Assembly: GCA_041653495.1 (NCBI GenBank)
Contig: JBAZFF010000002.1
Span: 18,281-50,280, forward strand
Direction of reading: 5' to 3'
From: Minisyncoccota bacterium
GTDB taxonomy: Bacteria > Patescibacteriota > Minisyncoccia > Minisyncoccales > RBG-13-42-11
DNA: 32,000 nucleotides
Shown here: piece by piece, positions 8,679 through 16,970 of the stretch
Layout of the letters: the number at the start of each line of letters is the position of its first letter
Numbering within the stretch: the stretch's first letter is position 1
Position numbers and translations under genes: made by a program
Notes under the pieces: generated by a model
Database searches by the model: none
Told to the model about the DNA's origin: nothing
Seen by the model: only the letters and a program-made list of their open reading frames with translations

Positions 8679-10814
8679 TTACTCTTTTTTAGCTTCTTTG
8701 TGTGACAGATTTATTCTCCCCTGTTCGTCTATAGAGATGACCTTAACAGGAATTATGTCTCCTATCTTGACTATATCTTCAACTTTATTGACGTGATAGT
8801 TTGCCAGCTGGGATATGTGGACCAATCCTTCTTGACCCGGGAGTATTTCCACGAAAGCTCCAAAGTCCAAGATCCTCTTTACTTTTCCTTCAAACAATTC
8901 ACCGACTTTCACCTCCCTTGTCAGGTTGTTTATCCAATCGGCAGCTCTCTTTCCAGCCGATTCCTTCTCGGCGGTAACGAATATCTTTCCGGAATCCTCG
9001 ATGTCTATTAAAACGCCGCATTCGTCTATAATCTCATTTATCACTTTTCCTCCCGGACCTATCACTTCTCTTATTTTATCAGGATTAATCTGGAGGACGA
9101 TGATTCTCGGGGCATAAGGGGAAAGATTCTCTCTGGGTTTCTCAATGGATTTCGCCATCTCGGCCAGAATCTTAATTCTGGCTGTCTTCGCCTCCTCCAG
9201 AGCTTTCTTAACCACTTCTTTTCCTATTCCCTCGATTTTTACGTCCATCTGGACGGCGGTGATTCCGTCTTTTGTCCCGGCAATCTTAAAGTCCATGTCT
9301 CCGTGGTGGTCTTCCGGTCCCTGGATGTCCGTCACGGTCTTCCAGGCGCCTTTGTAATCAGACATTAACCCCATGGCAATACCTGCCACAGGCTTTTTAA
9401 TAGGGACTCCGGCATCCATTAAAGCCAAAACGGAGCTTGATATTGAAGCCTGGGACGTTGATCCGTTGGAAGACAATATTTCAGTTACTATCCTTATTGT
9501 GTAAGGAAAATCCTCCGCATTGGGTATCATGGGGAATATGGCTTTTTCTGCCAGCATTCCGTGGCCTATTTCTCTCCTTCCGGGCCCTCTTAAGGGTTTA
9601 ACTTCGCCAGAACAGTAGGGAGGGAAGTTGTAATGATGCATAAACCTCTTTTTCCCTCTTATTTCCATGCCTTCCATGAGCTTTACGTCTCCCGGGGCTC
9701 CTAAAGTCAAAATGGACAAAGCTTTTGTCTGGCCTCTCATAAACAGGCCCGATCCGTGGGTTCTGGGGAGTATCCCAACTTGAGTTTCTAGGCTCCTCAA
9801 TTCGTCAATCTTCCTTCCGTCCACTCTCCTTTCTTTTTCCAGGATGTTCTTGTGTACCAAATCATTCAGTTCCTTTTCAAAGAATTCTTCCACGCAAGAC
9901 GAGATGTCCTTGTCCGGATACTTTTCTTGCAGATGCTTTACCAGTTCTTTCTTTAGGTCATTGACTCCTGTCATTCTGTCTTTGTCTTCCTTGAAAAGGG
10001 CTGTTTCCAGCTTGTTCCCGAGGAAGTCTTTTATGGCGCTTTCCAATTCCGCGTCAGGTTCTTTCGCCGCAAACTCCATTTTTTCTTTTCCGACTTTCTT
10101 TGCTATGTCTTTTTGAAAATTCAGTATCTTTTCTAGATGGGGCTTTGTCATCTCAACAGCTTCTGCAAATACCGTTTCTTCAACCTCCATCCCTTCTGCC
10201 TCCATCATGTTTATCAAAATATTATCCTTTGCTTCGTTTCCTAGGAACTTTGCGAATTCTGATTCCAAGCCGGCTACGGTCAGCTCAAAATTCATTTCGG
10301 TTCTCTGGGGGTAGGTGGGGTTTACCACAAATTCATTGTCTTTGTTCCTTCCCAGCCTCAAAGCAGCCACAGGTCCTTTCCAAGGAATATCTGATATTGC
10401 CAAAGCCAGGGAAGCGGCGATTAATCCTATTACATCCGGATCGTTTTCTTCGTCCCAAGACAGGCAGGTTACGATTACCTGGACTTCGTTCTTGTATCCT
10501 TCCGGGAAGCAAGGCCTTATCGCCCTGTCTATGAACCTAGCCGTTAATATCGCTTCGTCCGAAGGCTTGGTTTCCCTTCTTAAGAATCTGGAACCCAATA
10601 TTTTTCCTGCAGCGTAGAATTTTTCTTCGTACTCTACGGTCAAAGGAAAGAAATCAACTCCGTCCCTTCCTGTCTTTGCGGCTGTCACGTTGGCCATAAC
10701 CGTCGTATCGCCGTACTGAACTAAAACGCTGCCGGAAGCTTGTTCCGCCAGGTCGTTTATTTCTACCTTGAGCTCTTTTCCTCCGATGTCTGTTTTGAAT
10801 ATTTCTTTTTTCAT
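8679..10814 (-). CDS. pnp: Polyribonucleotide nucleotidyltransferase (PNPase)
   Basis: 711 aa with two RNase PH-like cores followed by KH (PDKIREVIGPGGKVINEI) and S1 (VGELFEGKVKRILDFGAFVEILPGQEGLVHISQL) domains. The start ATG overlaps the NYN gene stop (ATGA at 10811..10814). Confidence 0.97.
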   Translation of the reverse strand: MKKEIFKTDIGGKELKVEINDLAEQASGSVLVQYGDTTVMANVTAAKTGRDGVDFFPLTVEYEEKFYAAGKILGSRFLRRETKPSDEAILTARFIDRAIRPCFPEGYKNEVQVIVTCLSWDEENDPDVIGLIAASLALAISDIPWKGPVAALRLGRNKDNEFVVNPTYPQRTEMNFELTVAGLESEFAKFLGNEAKDNILINMMEAEGMEVEETVFAEAVEMTKPHLEKILNFQKDIAKKVGKEKMEFAAKEPDAELESAIKDFLGNKLETALFKEDKDRMTGVNDLKKELVKHLQEKYPDKDISSCVEEFFEKELNDLVHKNILEKERRVDGRKIDELRSLETQVGILPRTHGSGLFMRGQTKALSILTLGAPGDVKLMEGMEIRGKKRFMHHYNFPPYCSGEVKPLRGPGRREIGHGMLAEKAIFPMIPNAEDFPYTIRIVTEILSSNGSTSQASISSSVLALMDAGVPIKKPVAGIAMGLMSDYKGAWKTVTDIQGPEDHHGDMDFKIAGTKDGITAVQMDVKIEGIGKEVVKKALEEAKTARIKILAEMAKSIEKPRENLSPYAPRIIVLQINPDKIREVIGPGGKVINEIIDECGVLIDIEDSGKIFVTAEKESAGKRAADWINNLTREVKVGELFEGKVKRILDFGAFVEILPGQEGLVHISQLANYHVNKVEDIVKIGDIIPVKVISIDEQGRINLSHKEAKKE

Positions 10815-11314
10815 CTTTTTAGTAAGTATTTAACCGGATGTTCGCATAAGTCTATGAATTCATCCGCGACTTCTTTTAATTTTGCGGAAGAAGATTTCCC
10901 GAAAGCAATCACTTCCACTCTTTTTCCCTGGTTCTGCAGATATTCCACCAACTGGATGAAATCCCCGTCTCCGGACCCCAGTACCACCACGTCCACGCTG
11001 GGAGATATGCGGATCGCATCTACGGTCAGCCCCACATCCCAGTCTGCCTTTTTCATCCCGCCGAAGAATTCCTGCAAATCCCTGACCCTAGTTTCAATCC
11101 CTAATTTTATCAGAGCGTCAAAAAAAGCTCTTTCTTCCCCGGTTTTAGTCTTTACCACGTATCCGAAAGCCCGAATCAAGGTTCTTCCTGCCACGGCAGA
11201 CTTTAAAATGGATCCGAAATTTACTCTGGCCTGGTAAAGATTCTTAGCAGAATGATAGAGATTTTGTACGTCTAAGAAGACGGCCACTCTTTGGCCCAAA
11301 TGTTTTACTTCCAT
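10811..11314 (-). CDS. NYN/LabA-like (PIN-fold) predicted ribonuclease
   Basis: 167 aa. VAVFLDVQNLYHSAK, ADWDVGLTVDAI and VVVLGSGDGDFIQLV match the NYN acidic-residue pattern. Confidence 0.8.
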   Translation of the reverse strand: MEVKHLGQRVAVFLDVQNLYHSAKNLYQARVNFGSILKSAVAGRTLIRAFGYVVKTKTGEERAFFDALIKLGIETRVRDLQEFFGGMKKADWDVGLTVDAIRISPSVDVVVLGSGDGDFIQLVEYLQNQGKRVEVIAFGKSSSAKLKEVADEFIDLCEHPVKYLLKR

Positions 11315-11315
11315 A

Positions 11316-11582
11316 TTACTTCTTTAGCCCTACTTTTTTGATAAGGCTGTTGTATCTTCTGGTGTCGTCTTTCTTCAAGAAGTTCAAAAGACTCTTTCTT
11401 TTGGAAACCATCTTCAACAGCCCTCTTTTTGAATGGACGTCTTTCGGATTCTTTTTAAGATGGGAAAGCAGTTTCTTTATTTCGTCCGACAATAAGGCAA
11501 CCTGAACTTCAGGGGATCCCGTGTCAGATTCATGAAGTTTGTATTTTCCTATCAACTTTGATTTTTCTTCTGTGTTTAACAT
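11316..11582 (-). CDS. rpsO: 30S ribosomal protein S15
   Basis: 88 aa. GSPEVQVALLSDEIKKLLSHLKKNPKDVHSKRGLLKMVSKRKSLLNFLKK is the S15 signature. Confidence 0.95.
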   Translation of the reverse strand: MLNTEEKSKLIGKYKLHESDTGSPEVQVALLSDEIKKLLSHLKKNPKDVHSKRGLLKMVSKRKSLLNFLKKDDTRRYNSLIKKVGLKK

Positions 11583-11598
11583 AATATTTTTTTCTTTG

Positions 11599-11670
11599 TG
11601 CCCCCAGCAGGACTTGAACCTGCAACCTTATCCTTAAGGGGGATCTGCTCTGCCATTGAGCTATAGGGGC
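11599..11670 (-). tRNA. tRNA-Lys (anticodon CUU as folded by hand), no encoded CCA
   Basis: Reverse complement: GCCCCTA TA GCTC AATGGCA GAGC A GATCC CCCTTAA GGATA AGGTT GCAGG TTCAAGT CCTGC TGGGGGC A. The cloverleaf is full (72 nt). The anticodon loop CCCUUAA gives CUU but places C, not U, at position 33. Confidence 0.75.
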
Positions 11671-11706
11671 CCCTAATAAGTTTATTACTGTTCCGTCCTT
11701 TCCCGG

Positions 11707-11778
11707 TGCCCCTGGAAGGAGTCGAACCCTCACCCCTGGTTCCGAAGACCAGTACTCTATCCATTGAGCTACAGGGGC
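11707..11778 (-). tRNA. tRNA-Arg (anticodon UCG), no encoded CCA
   Basis: Reverse complement: GCCCCTG TA GCTC AATGGATA GAGT A CTGGT CTTCGGA ACCAG GGGT GAGGG TTCGACT CCTTC CAGGGGC A, followed by CCG. Confidence 0.85.
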
Positions 11779-11807
11779 TCGAACATTTATAGAGTATATC
11801 ACGTTAA

Positions 11808-11836
11808 TTGAAAAAAACAAGTTTTCAAGATAAGAT
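11808..11836 (+). promoter_or_regulatory. Sigma-70-type promoter placing the TSS at or next to the cca ATG (leaderless)
   Basis: TTGAAA (11808..11813), 17-nt spacer, TAAGAT (11831..11836). Only 6 nt separate the -10 from the ATG at 11843. No SD. Confidence 0.45.
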
Positions 11837-11842
11837 TAGGGA

Positions 11843-13297
11843 ATGACCATCCCAAAAGAGGTAAAACTGGTGATAGAAACTCTTGAAAAGAAGAAGTTTG
11901 AAGCTTTTGTCGTCGGAGGCTGCGTCAGGGATATTTTGAGAGGAGAGGAGCCTAAAGACTGGGACGTGGCTACTTCCGCCAATCCGCAGGAAATCAAAAA
12001 AATATTCCCGGAGAGCTTTTATGAGAATAAGTTTTTGACCGTTACGGTTTTGACCAAAAGTAGAAAAGAATCTTTGAAAGAGATAGAGGTGACAACCTAC
12101 AGGCAGGAAGCGAAATATACCGATAAGAGGCACCCGGATGAAGTAAGGGCGGCCAAGAATCTCAGAGAGGATCTAGCCAGAAGGGACTTTACCATAAATG
12201 CAATAGCCTTAAATTCCAAAAAGGAAATTGTAGATCCTTTTTCCGGCCAGGAAGATTTAAAGAAAAAAATAATAAGAGCGGTGGGAAACCCCAAGGAAAG
12301 ATTTGCCGAAGATGCCTTGAGGATGATGAGGGCGGTAAGATTCGTATCCGTTTTGGGCAAGGGTTGGAGTATAGAAGAGGAAACCGCAAAAGCAATAAAA
12401 GCTAATGCAGCTTCTTTAAAAGAGATATCCAAGGAAAGGATAAGGGATGAGTTCTTGAAAATGATAATGTCAGAAAGAGCGGCGGAAGGGGTGGAAATGC
12501 TGAGAGAGCTGGGTCTTTTAAAGAATATAATCCCCGAGCTTGAAGAAGGATACAGAGTAGGGCAGAACAAACATCATATATATGAATGCTATGAGCACAG
12601 CCTAAAGTCTTTAGAATATGCAGCAAAGCAAGGCTTTAACATGTATGTCAGAGTTGCCGCTTTACTGCATGATATAGGAAAGCCCAGGTCAAAAAGAGGA
12701 GAAGGGAAAGATTCCACTTTCTACGGCCATGAGATAATCGGAGCTAGGATGGCTTCAGGAATATTGGACAGATTGAAATTTTCAAAGAAGGATGCGGAGA
12801 AAATAGTCCTTCTGGTGAGATATCACCTCTTTTATTATAATGTCGGAGAAGTGACCGAGAGTTCCGTCAGAAGATTGGTGAAACAGGTGGGGCCGGAGAA
12901 CATGGATGAATTATTGCAGGTGAGGATGTCAGACAGAATCGGATCCGGAGTTCCGAAAGCTGAACCTTATAAGTTAAGGCATTTTAGATATCTAATAGAC
13001 AAAGTGTCTCAGGATCCTATTTCAGCCAAGATGCTCAAGGTTTCCGGGAATGACGTGATAAAGGATTTGAAAATTGAGCCCGGCAGGAAAATAGGGCAGA
13101 TTTTAGAGATATTATTGGACGAGGTTTTGTCAGAACCTAAAAAAAATAATAAGATATATCTATATAAGGAAATTTTAAAATTGGGGAAGCTTTCCGAGTC
13201 AGAGCTTGCAAAATTAGCCCAAAGGGCTAAAAAACAGAAGGAAGGGTTAGAGATGAAAAAGGACGAGATGACTAAGAAGAAATACTGGGTGGTGTAG
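11843..13297 (+). CDS. cca: CCA-adding tRNA nucleotidyltransferase (class II, with HD domain)
   Basis: 484 aa. GGCVRDILRGEEPKDWDVAT head-domain motif, RRDFTINA, and HD domain LLHDIGKP. Confidence 0.9.
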   Translation: MTIPKEVKLVIETLEKKKFEAFVVGGCVRDILRGEEPKDWDVATSANPQEIKKIFPESFYENKFLTVTVLTKSRKESLKEIEVTTYRQEAKYTDKRHPDEVRAAKNLREDLARRDFTINAIALNSKKEIVDPFSGQEDLKKKIIRAVGNPKERFAEDALRMMRAVRFVSVLGKGWSIEEETAKAIKANAASLKEISKERIRDEFLKMIMSERAAEGVEMLRELGLLKNIIPELEEGYRVGQNKHHIYECYEHSLKSLEYAAKQGFNMYVRVAALLHDIGKPRSKRGEGKDSTFYGHEIIGARMASGILDRLKFSKKDAEKIVLLVRYHLFYYNVGEVTESSVRRLVKQVGPENMDELLQVRMSDRIGSGVPKAEPYKLRHFRYLIDKVSQDPISAKMLKVSGNDVIKDLKIEPGRKIGQILEILLDEVLSEPKKNNKIYLYKEILKLGKLSESELAKLAQRAKKQKEGLEMKKDEMTKKKYWVV

Positions 13298-13298
13298 G

Positions 13299-13369
13299 CG
13301 GGGTGTAGTGCAGTGGTAGCACGAGTCCTTCGGGAGGATTTAGCCCGAGTTCGAATCTCGGCACCCCGA
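13299..13369 (+). tRNA. tRNA-Pro (anticodon CGG), no encoded CCA
   Basis: CGGGGTG TA GTGC AGTGGTA GCAC G AGTCC TTCGGGA GGATT TAGC CCGAG TTCGAAT CTCGG CACCCCG A. The C1:G72 pair is typical of bacterial tRNA-Pro. It starts 1 nt after the cca stop. Confidence 0.85.
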
Positions 13370-13379
13370 CAGAAAGATT

Positions 13380-13832
13380 ATGGCCATTAAAAACACAATA
13401 AGATCGTTTAGAGCAGGAGAGTTCAGAATAAATAAAAACCTCTATTTGGTTTCCGCCGCATTAACCATATTGACTATGGTGATGCTGGCCACTGAATTCT
13501 TCAGCAGGTGTGCCTTTCCTTCAACCAGGATACCCCTTTTTTATTTGGGATTGTTAATTATCTATTCTTTGCACAAGGAACTGATCAGGTGGCTGGGAGA
13601 AGAGAAGGTAGAAAGGCAGGGAGAACTTTTCGTATATGCCTGGATTATGTTCACGACCTTTCTCTATGTCGTCAGCTTTGCCAGCAAGCAGTATTTTACC
13701 GATCAGGCGCAGGGAGGATGCGACTCTGCCATCGTGTCTTCTTGCACTATAACCTTGGAAATTTTGGTCATTTACCTGATAACCAGGGCCTCAAAATACG
13801 TGAAAGTGGCCAGAATATCAAGGAAAAAATAA
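13380..13832 (+). CDS. Small polytopic membrane protein, function unknown
   Basis: 150 aa with about four hydrophobic helices. It sits between tRNA-Pro (10 nt upstream) and tRNA-Ala (0 nt downstream). Confidence 0.6.
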   Translation: MAIKNTIRSFRAGEFRINKNLYLVSAALTILTMVMLATEFFSRCAFPSTRIPLFYLGLLIIYSLHKELIRWLGEEKVERQGELFVYAWIMFTTFLYVVSFASKQYFTDQAQGGCDSAIVSSCTITLEILVIYLITRASKYVKVARISRKK

Positions 13833-13903
13833 GGGCCTGTGGTTCAACGGCACAACACTACATTCGCATTGTAGTAATGGCGGTTCGATTCCGCCCAGGT
13901 CCA
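13833..13903 (+). tRNA. tRNA-Ala (anticodon CGC), no encoded CCA
   Basis: GGGCCTG TG GTTC..AAC A CTACA TTCGCAT TGTAG TAAT GGCGG TTCGATT CCGCC CAGGTCC A. The G3:U70 alanine identity pair is present (G13835/T13900). Confidence 0.85.
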
Positions 13904-13913
13904 CTTACTACTA

Positions 13914-13942
13914 TTGACTTTTCTCCGTTTTTATTATATAGT
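13914..13942 (+). promoter_or_regulatory. Sigma-70-type promoter for the receiver-domain gene
   Basis: TTGACT (13914..13919), 17-nt spacer, TATAGT (13937..13942). A leader follows with a strong SD, AAGGAGGT (13968..13975), 5 nt before the GTG at 13981. Confidence 0.5.
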
Positions 13943-13980
13943 TTAGTATTTCAGTACCCATTAGAAAAAGGAGGTAAATC

Positions 13981-14346
13981 GTGAAGATACTAGTTATTGA
14001 CGACGACGAATATTCCCAGAAATTTTTTATTGACTTTATCGGGATTCTGGGAGGCGAAATACTGAACGCCTATACCTCGGAAGAAGCAGAGAGAATGCTT
14101 TTTTTGAACCCAGATGTCGCAGCCATTGTAATGGACGGCCATTTGGGGGAGAAGGAACAAAACACGGCTTCCCTTATCACTAGGATAAGAGAAAGCTACA
14201 AAGGCCCAATTTGGGGGAATACAGGGGATCGGGGCGTGATAGCTTTGTTAAAAGAGGCTGGGTGTGACGAAGTTTTCTTCAAAACTCCTGGTAAAGGGGA
14301 AAAGGGAATTCGCGATCAATTAGATAGTTTCTTTACTCGAAAATAG
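13981..14346 (+). CDS. Stand-alone CheY-like response-regulator receiver domain
   Basis: 121 aa, GTG start. MKILVIDDDE acidic pocket, AAIVMDGHL phospho-acceptor Asp, FFKTP Lys. No output domain and no kinase in the window. Confidence 0.75.
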   Translation: MKILVIDDDEYSQKFFIDFIGILGGEILNAYTSEEAERMLFLNPDVAAIVMDGHLGEKEQNTASLITRIRESYKGPIWGNTGDRGVIALLKEAGCDEVFFKTPGKGEKGIRDQLDSFFTRK

Positions 14347-14360
14347 TTTTTCAAGCAGAG

Positions 14361-14390
14361 AGCGCCACGATGTTTTTCATGGCGCTTTTT
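14361..14390 (+). terminator. Intrinsic terminator
   Basis: AGCGCCA (14361..14367) / TGGCGCT (14380..14386), followed by TTTT. Confidence 0.7.
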
Positions 14391-14592
14391 ACAAAACATT
14401 TTTATTCAGCATGATAGAGATTAGAAAGTTAGTCGACAAGATATTAAAAAGCATTAATAATCTGGCTTCAATTAACATAAATGAAGCCCACTTTTATATG
14501 ATAACTTCGAGTTTGACCAGTCATTTTCTATTTGGTAGAAAGAATAATAGCTCAATCATATTCTCTCTGAGAGTTCAATCATTCTATAAATA

Positions 14593-14925
14593 ATGAAGAA
14601 AAATATTCAGAAAAACGATAAAGAGATCGCCATAATCCATTGGGAAGACTCTTGGACTCACGGCAATGTCCAATTGAGTGAGAAAGAATGGAAGAACAAA
14701 GGAATCGGATATGCGATTTCAGCTGGTCTTATCGTGGGGGAAGATGATAAACAGATTTCTATTGCAGCAGATTATTTCTATCCTCAGAATGTGGATGAGG
14801 GTTCCTTTCGGTCTGTGAACTCTTTTCCTAAGAGTGGTATACACAAAATAGTAAGGATAAAGCTACCTGTTGAGATTGAGAAAGAGATGCTTAAGTATCT
14901 CTTGAGGCCTAAATCAAAGAAATAA
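14593..14925 (+). CDS. Hypothetical protein (110 aa)
   Basis: ORF only, with no motif I recognise. It is the first gene of the codon-atypical block. Confidence 0.45.
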   Translation: MKKNIQKNDKEIAIIHWEDSWTHGNVQLSEKEWKNKGIGYAISAGLIVGEDDKQISIAADYFYPQNVDEGSFRSVNSFPKSGIHKIVRIKLPVEIEKEMLKYLLRPKSKK

Positions 14926-15005
14926 TACATTTAAGGGCAGAACAAGAATACCGAAAAAAGCTCGGTGTTTCTCAAGATCGTTTTTCCAAAATAGCAAAAA
15001 TAATT

Positions 15006-16124
15006 ATGAAAAATTTGGTTTTTGAAAATATCTTAAAAAATGCAGGGAATGATGCAAGCGAGTTTGTGAAAACAATTGGTAAAAATAGTTTGCGTCCGCC
15101 GCTATATAATGCAGAGAACTATGTTGGAAATATGATAAGAGATAAGTATTTTGCTGCACTAGTAATTGTGCGCCATTATGTAAAATTGACGAGTGATACA
15201 TACTGGTCAGAAATTGGTGCATTTAATGTAGATCTTTTCATGTTGACACCAAGTGCTTCATCTCCAATGGGTCCAGGATCTGATTCTGAAGTGATAAGTA
15301 TCCAATTTGGTAAATACCACACTAACCTCACTGACTCGTCGCAATTTGGTTTTGAGCCGCTCATGTTTCATCTCGATAAAGCATACTGTTATTTACCATC
15401 AATGCGAGGTGAGAATCCTGATGCACGACACTTGAACCAATTTTTTCACTGCGAAGCAGAAATTGTTGGAACACTCAGTGAATTATTACCGTATGTCGAG
15501 GGTTATGTGCGGGCACTTGCTAGGACATTTATGGCACTCGCACCAATCATAGAACTCATGAGCATTGATTTCTCAAGAACAGAACAGGCACTGCAAAGTA
15601 TTATCAATGCTAAGAGTTTCAATAAAAAGACTTTCGACGAAGTATATCCGTGGCTGCAAGAAAATTCTTCATTCTATTCGGTAAGTGACTTTGGAAGAAA
15701 CATTACCAATAATGGCGAGGTTGCACTTGTCCGAGCGATGGGAGATGGTTTGCCGATGTGGCTCTGTAACTACGACCGAGACACTGTTGCCTTTTATCAA
15801 AAACCAAATCCTGGAAACGCAAACTCTGCTATAAATGCAGACTTGTTATTTGCACCAATTGTCGAAGGTGGTTTTGGCGGAGAAATTGTGGGCTCTGGAC
15901 AACGACAGGATAACTCTGAAGAAATTACCGAATCTCTCAAAAGACAAAAAGTCGATGGAGGGCCTTATGAGTGGTACAGCAATCTTCGTAAACAACCGAG
16001 CTATAAAACAACATCTGGTTTCGGATTGGGGATAGAAAGATTTATCGCTTGGGCACTTGGATATTCTGATATTAAAGACGTCATTCATTATCCACGGCTT
16101 AAAAATATTAAGACACTACCATAA
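15006..16124 (+). CDS. Class IIb aminoacyl-tRNA-synthetase catalytic-core paralog (AsnRS/AspRS/AsnA-like), lacking an anticodon-binding domain
   Basis: 372 aa. PSMRGENPDARHLNQFFHCEAEIVG matches class IIb motif 2 (FRAE...RHL.EF..lE.E). GGEIVGSGQRQD matches GGEi.GGsqRe. SGFGLGIERFIAWALGYSDIKDVIHYPR matches motif 3 (GFGLG.ER......IRDVI.FPR). Only ~45 aa precede the core, so there is no OB fold. Confidence 0.75.
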   Translation: MKNLVFENILKNAGNDASEFVKTIGKNSLRPPLYNAENYVGNMIRDKYFAALVIVRHYVKLTSDTYWSEIGAFNVDLFMLTPSASSPMGPGSDSEVISIQFGKYHTNLTDSSQFGFEPLMFHLDKAYCYLPSMRGENPDARHLNQFFHCEAEIVGTLSELLPYVEGYVRALARTFMALAPIIELMSIDFSRTEQALQSIINAKSFNKKTFDEVYPWLQENSSFYSVSDFGRNITNNGEVALVRAMGDGLPMWLCNYDRDTVAFYQKPNPGNANSAINADLLFAPIVEGGFGGEIVGSGQRQDNSEEITESLKRQKVDGGPYEWYSNLRKQPSYKTTSGFGLGIERFIAWALGYSDIKDVIHYPRLKNIKTLP

Positions 16125-16126
16125 TT

Positions 16127-16969
16127 GTGCAAAAAGAAATTTTCGATTCATTTTTTAATTCATATGCAAAAACCGTTGATAAAGCTGCTGACATTAGTGC
16201 CTTTTGGCGACTGTCAGACGAAATTATAACTGAGATAGTCAGACGCGAAATTGCGCCGTATTGTAAAGATTCATCGCTTACCATGGATGCTGGTGGGGGT
16301 ACGGGAAGGTGGGCAATAAAACTAAGTGAGGTTTTGAAAGGGAAACTTGTTGTATTCGATCGTTCGGAAGATATGCTTGCGAAAGCATCAGAAAACATCA
16401 GTAAGAGCAACGTATCCGATCGTATTAATATATCAGAGGGAGACCTAACTCAGATAGATAATTTCACAGACAATAGCGTTGATAATATCGTGAGTATTTA
16501 TAGTCCTCTCAGTTTTATTTATGATCAAGATAAGGTGGCGAAAGAACTATTCCGTATTCTGAAGCCAGGAAGCCGCATTCTTTTAATGAGTCACGGTTAC
16601 CATAATGCATTGGCTTCTAAAATAAATAGCTATCGAGCTGGCGCAAAAGAGTTACAAAAACTTGCAAACGAACAGAGAGTGAAATGGGCTCCGCATGTCC
16701 CGGAGTTAGTAACTCATTCAAAAGAATCCATAGAAAAACTTTTTTCCGATGTAGGGTTTCGTATACAGAAAACGTATGGCGTACCTGTGTTTGTTCAGCC
16801 TGGTCCAGAAGACTTTGATCCAGAAAACGAAAAGAAAAGTGCAGTGAGTGAGTATCTTGAGAATCCTGATATTTTCAAATTAGTATTTGAAATCGAAATG
16901 AGATTTAATGCTGGAGAGACAGTGGCAAATCGAGGTATGAACATGTTCATGCTTGCAGAAAAGAAATAA
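16127..16969 (+). CDS. Class I SAM-dependent methyltransferase
   Basis: 280 aa, GTG start 2 nt after the upstream TAA. Motif I is LTMDAGGGTGRWAIKL. Post-I acidic FDRSEDML, and motif III-like ILKPGSRILLM. Confidence 0.8.
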   Translation: MQKEIFDSFFNSYAKTVDKAADISAFWRLSDEIITEIVRREIAPYCKDSSLTMDAGGGTGRWAIKLSEVLKGKLVVFDRSEDMLAKASENISKSNVSDRINISEGDLTQIDNFTDNSVDNIVSIYSPLSFIYDQDKVAKELFRILKPGSRILLMSHGYHNALASKINSYRAGAKELQKLANEQRVKWAPHVPELVTHSKESIEKLFSDVGFRIQKTYGVPVFVQPGPEDFDPENEKKSAVSEYLENPDIFKLVFEIEMRFNAGETVANRGMNMFMLAEKK

Positions 16970-16970
16970 T

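Noticed and set aside
11530-11820. Minus-strand ORFs 11530..11820 and 11576..11764
   Set aside because: They are read straight through the tRNA-Lys and tRNA-Arg genes and are artefacts of the structured tRNA sequence.
13508-13984. 158-aa + ORF overlapping the 150-aa membrane protein and tRNA-Ala
   Set aside because: It is in an alternative frame of a better ORF (clear TM helices) and runs through a tRNA gene. Its product is Arg/Gly-rich nonsense.
14411-14593. 60-aa ORF in the AT-rich gap upstream of the island
   Set aside because: The composition is very AT-rich, with no SD or promoter context and no motif. It is more likely non-coding island-border sequence.
14347-15005. Search for a microcin-C-like precursor (very short ORF ending in Asn with an SD) near the S66/aaRS-like operon. 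I also found a 7-codon ORF, MKFRREL, at about 20276.
   Set aside because: No short ORF ends in Asn. The candidates (MKPTFI, MKFRREL) lack ribosome-binding context. No MccB/ThiF-like partner gene is present.
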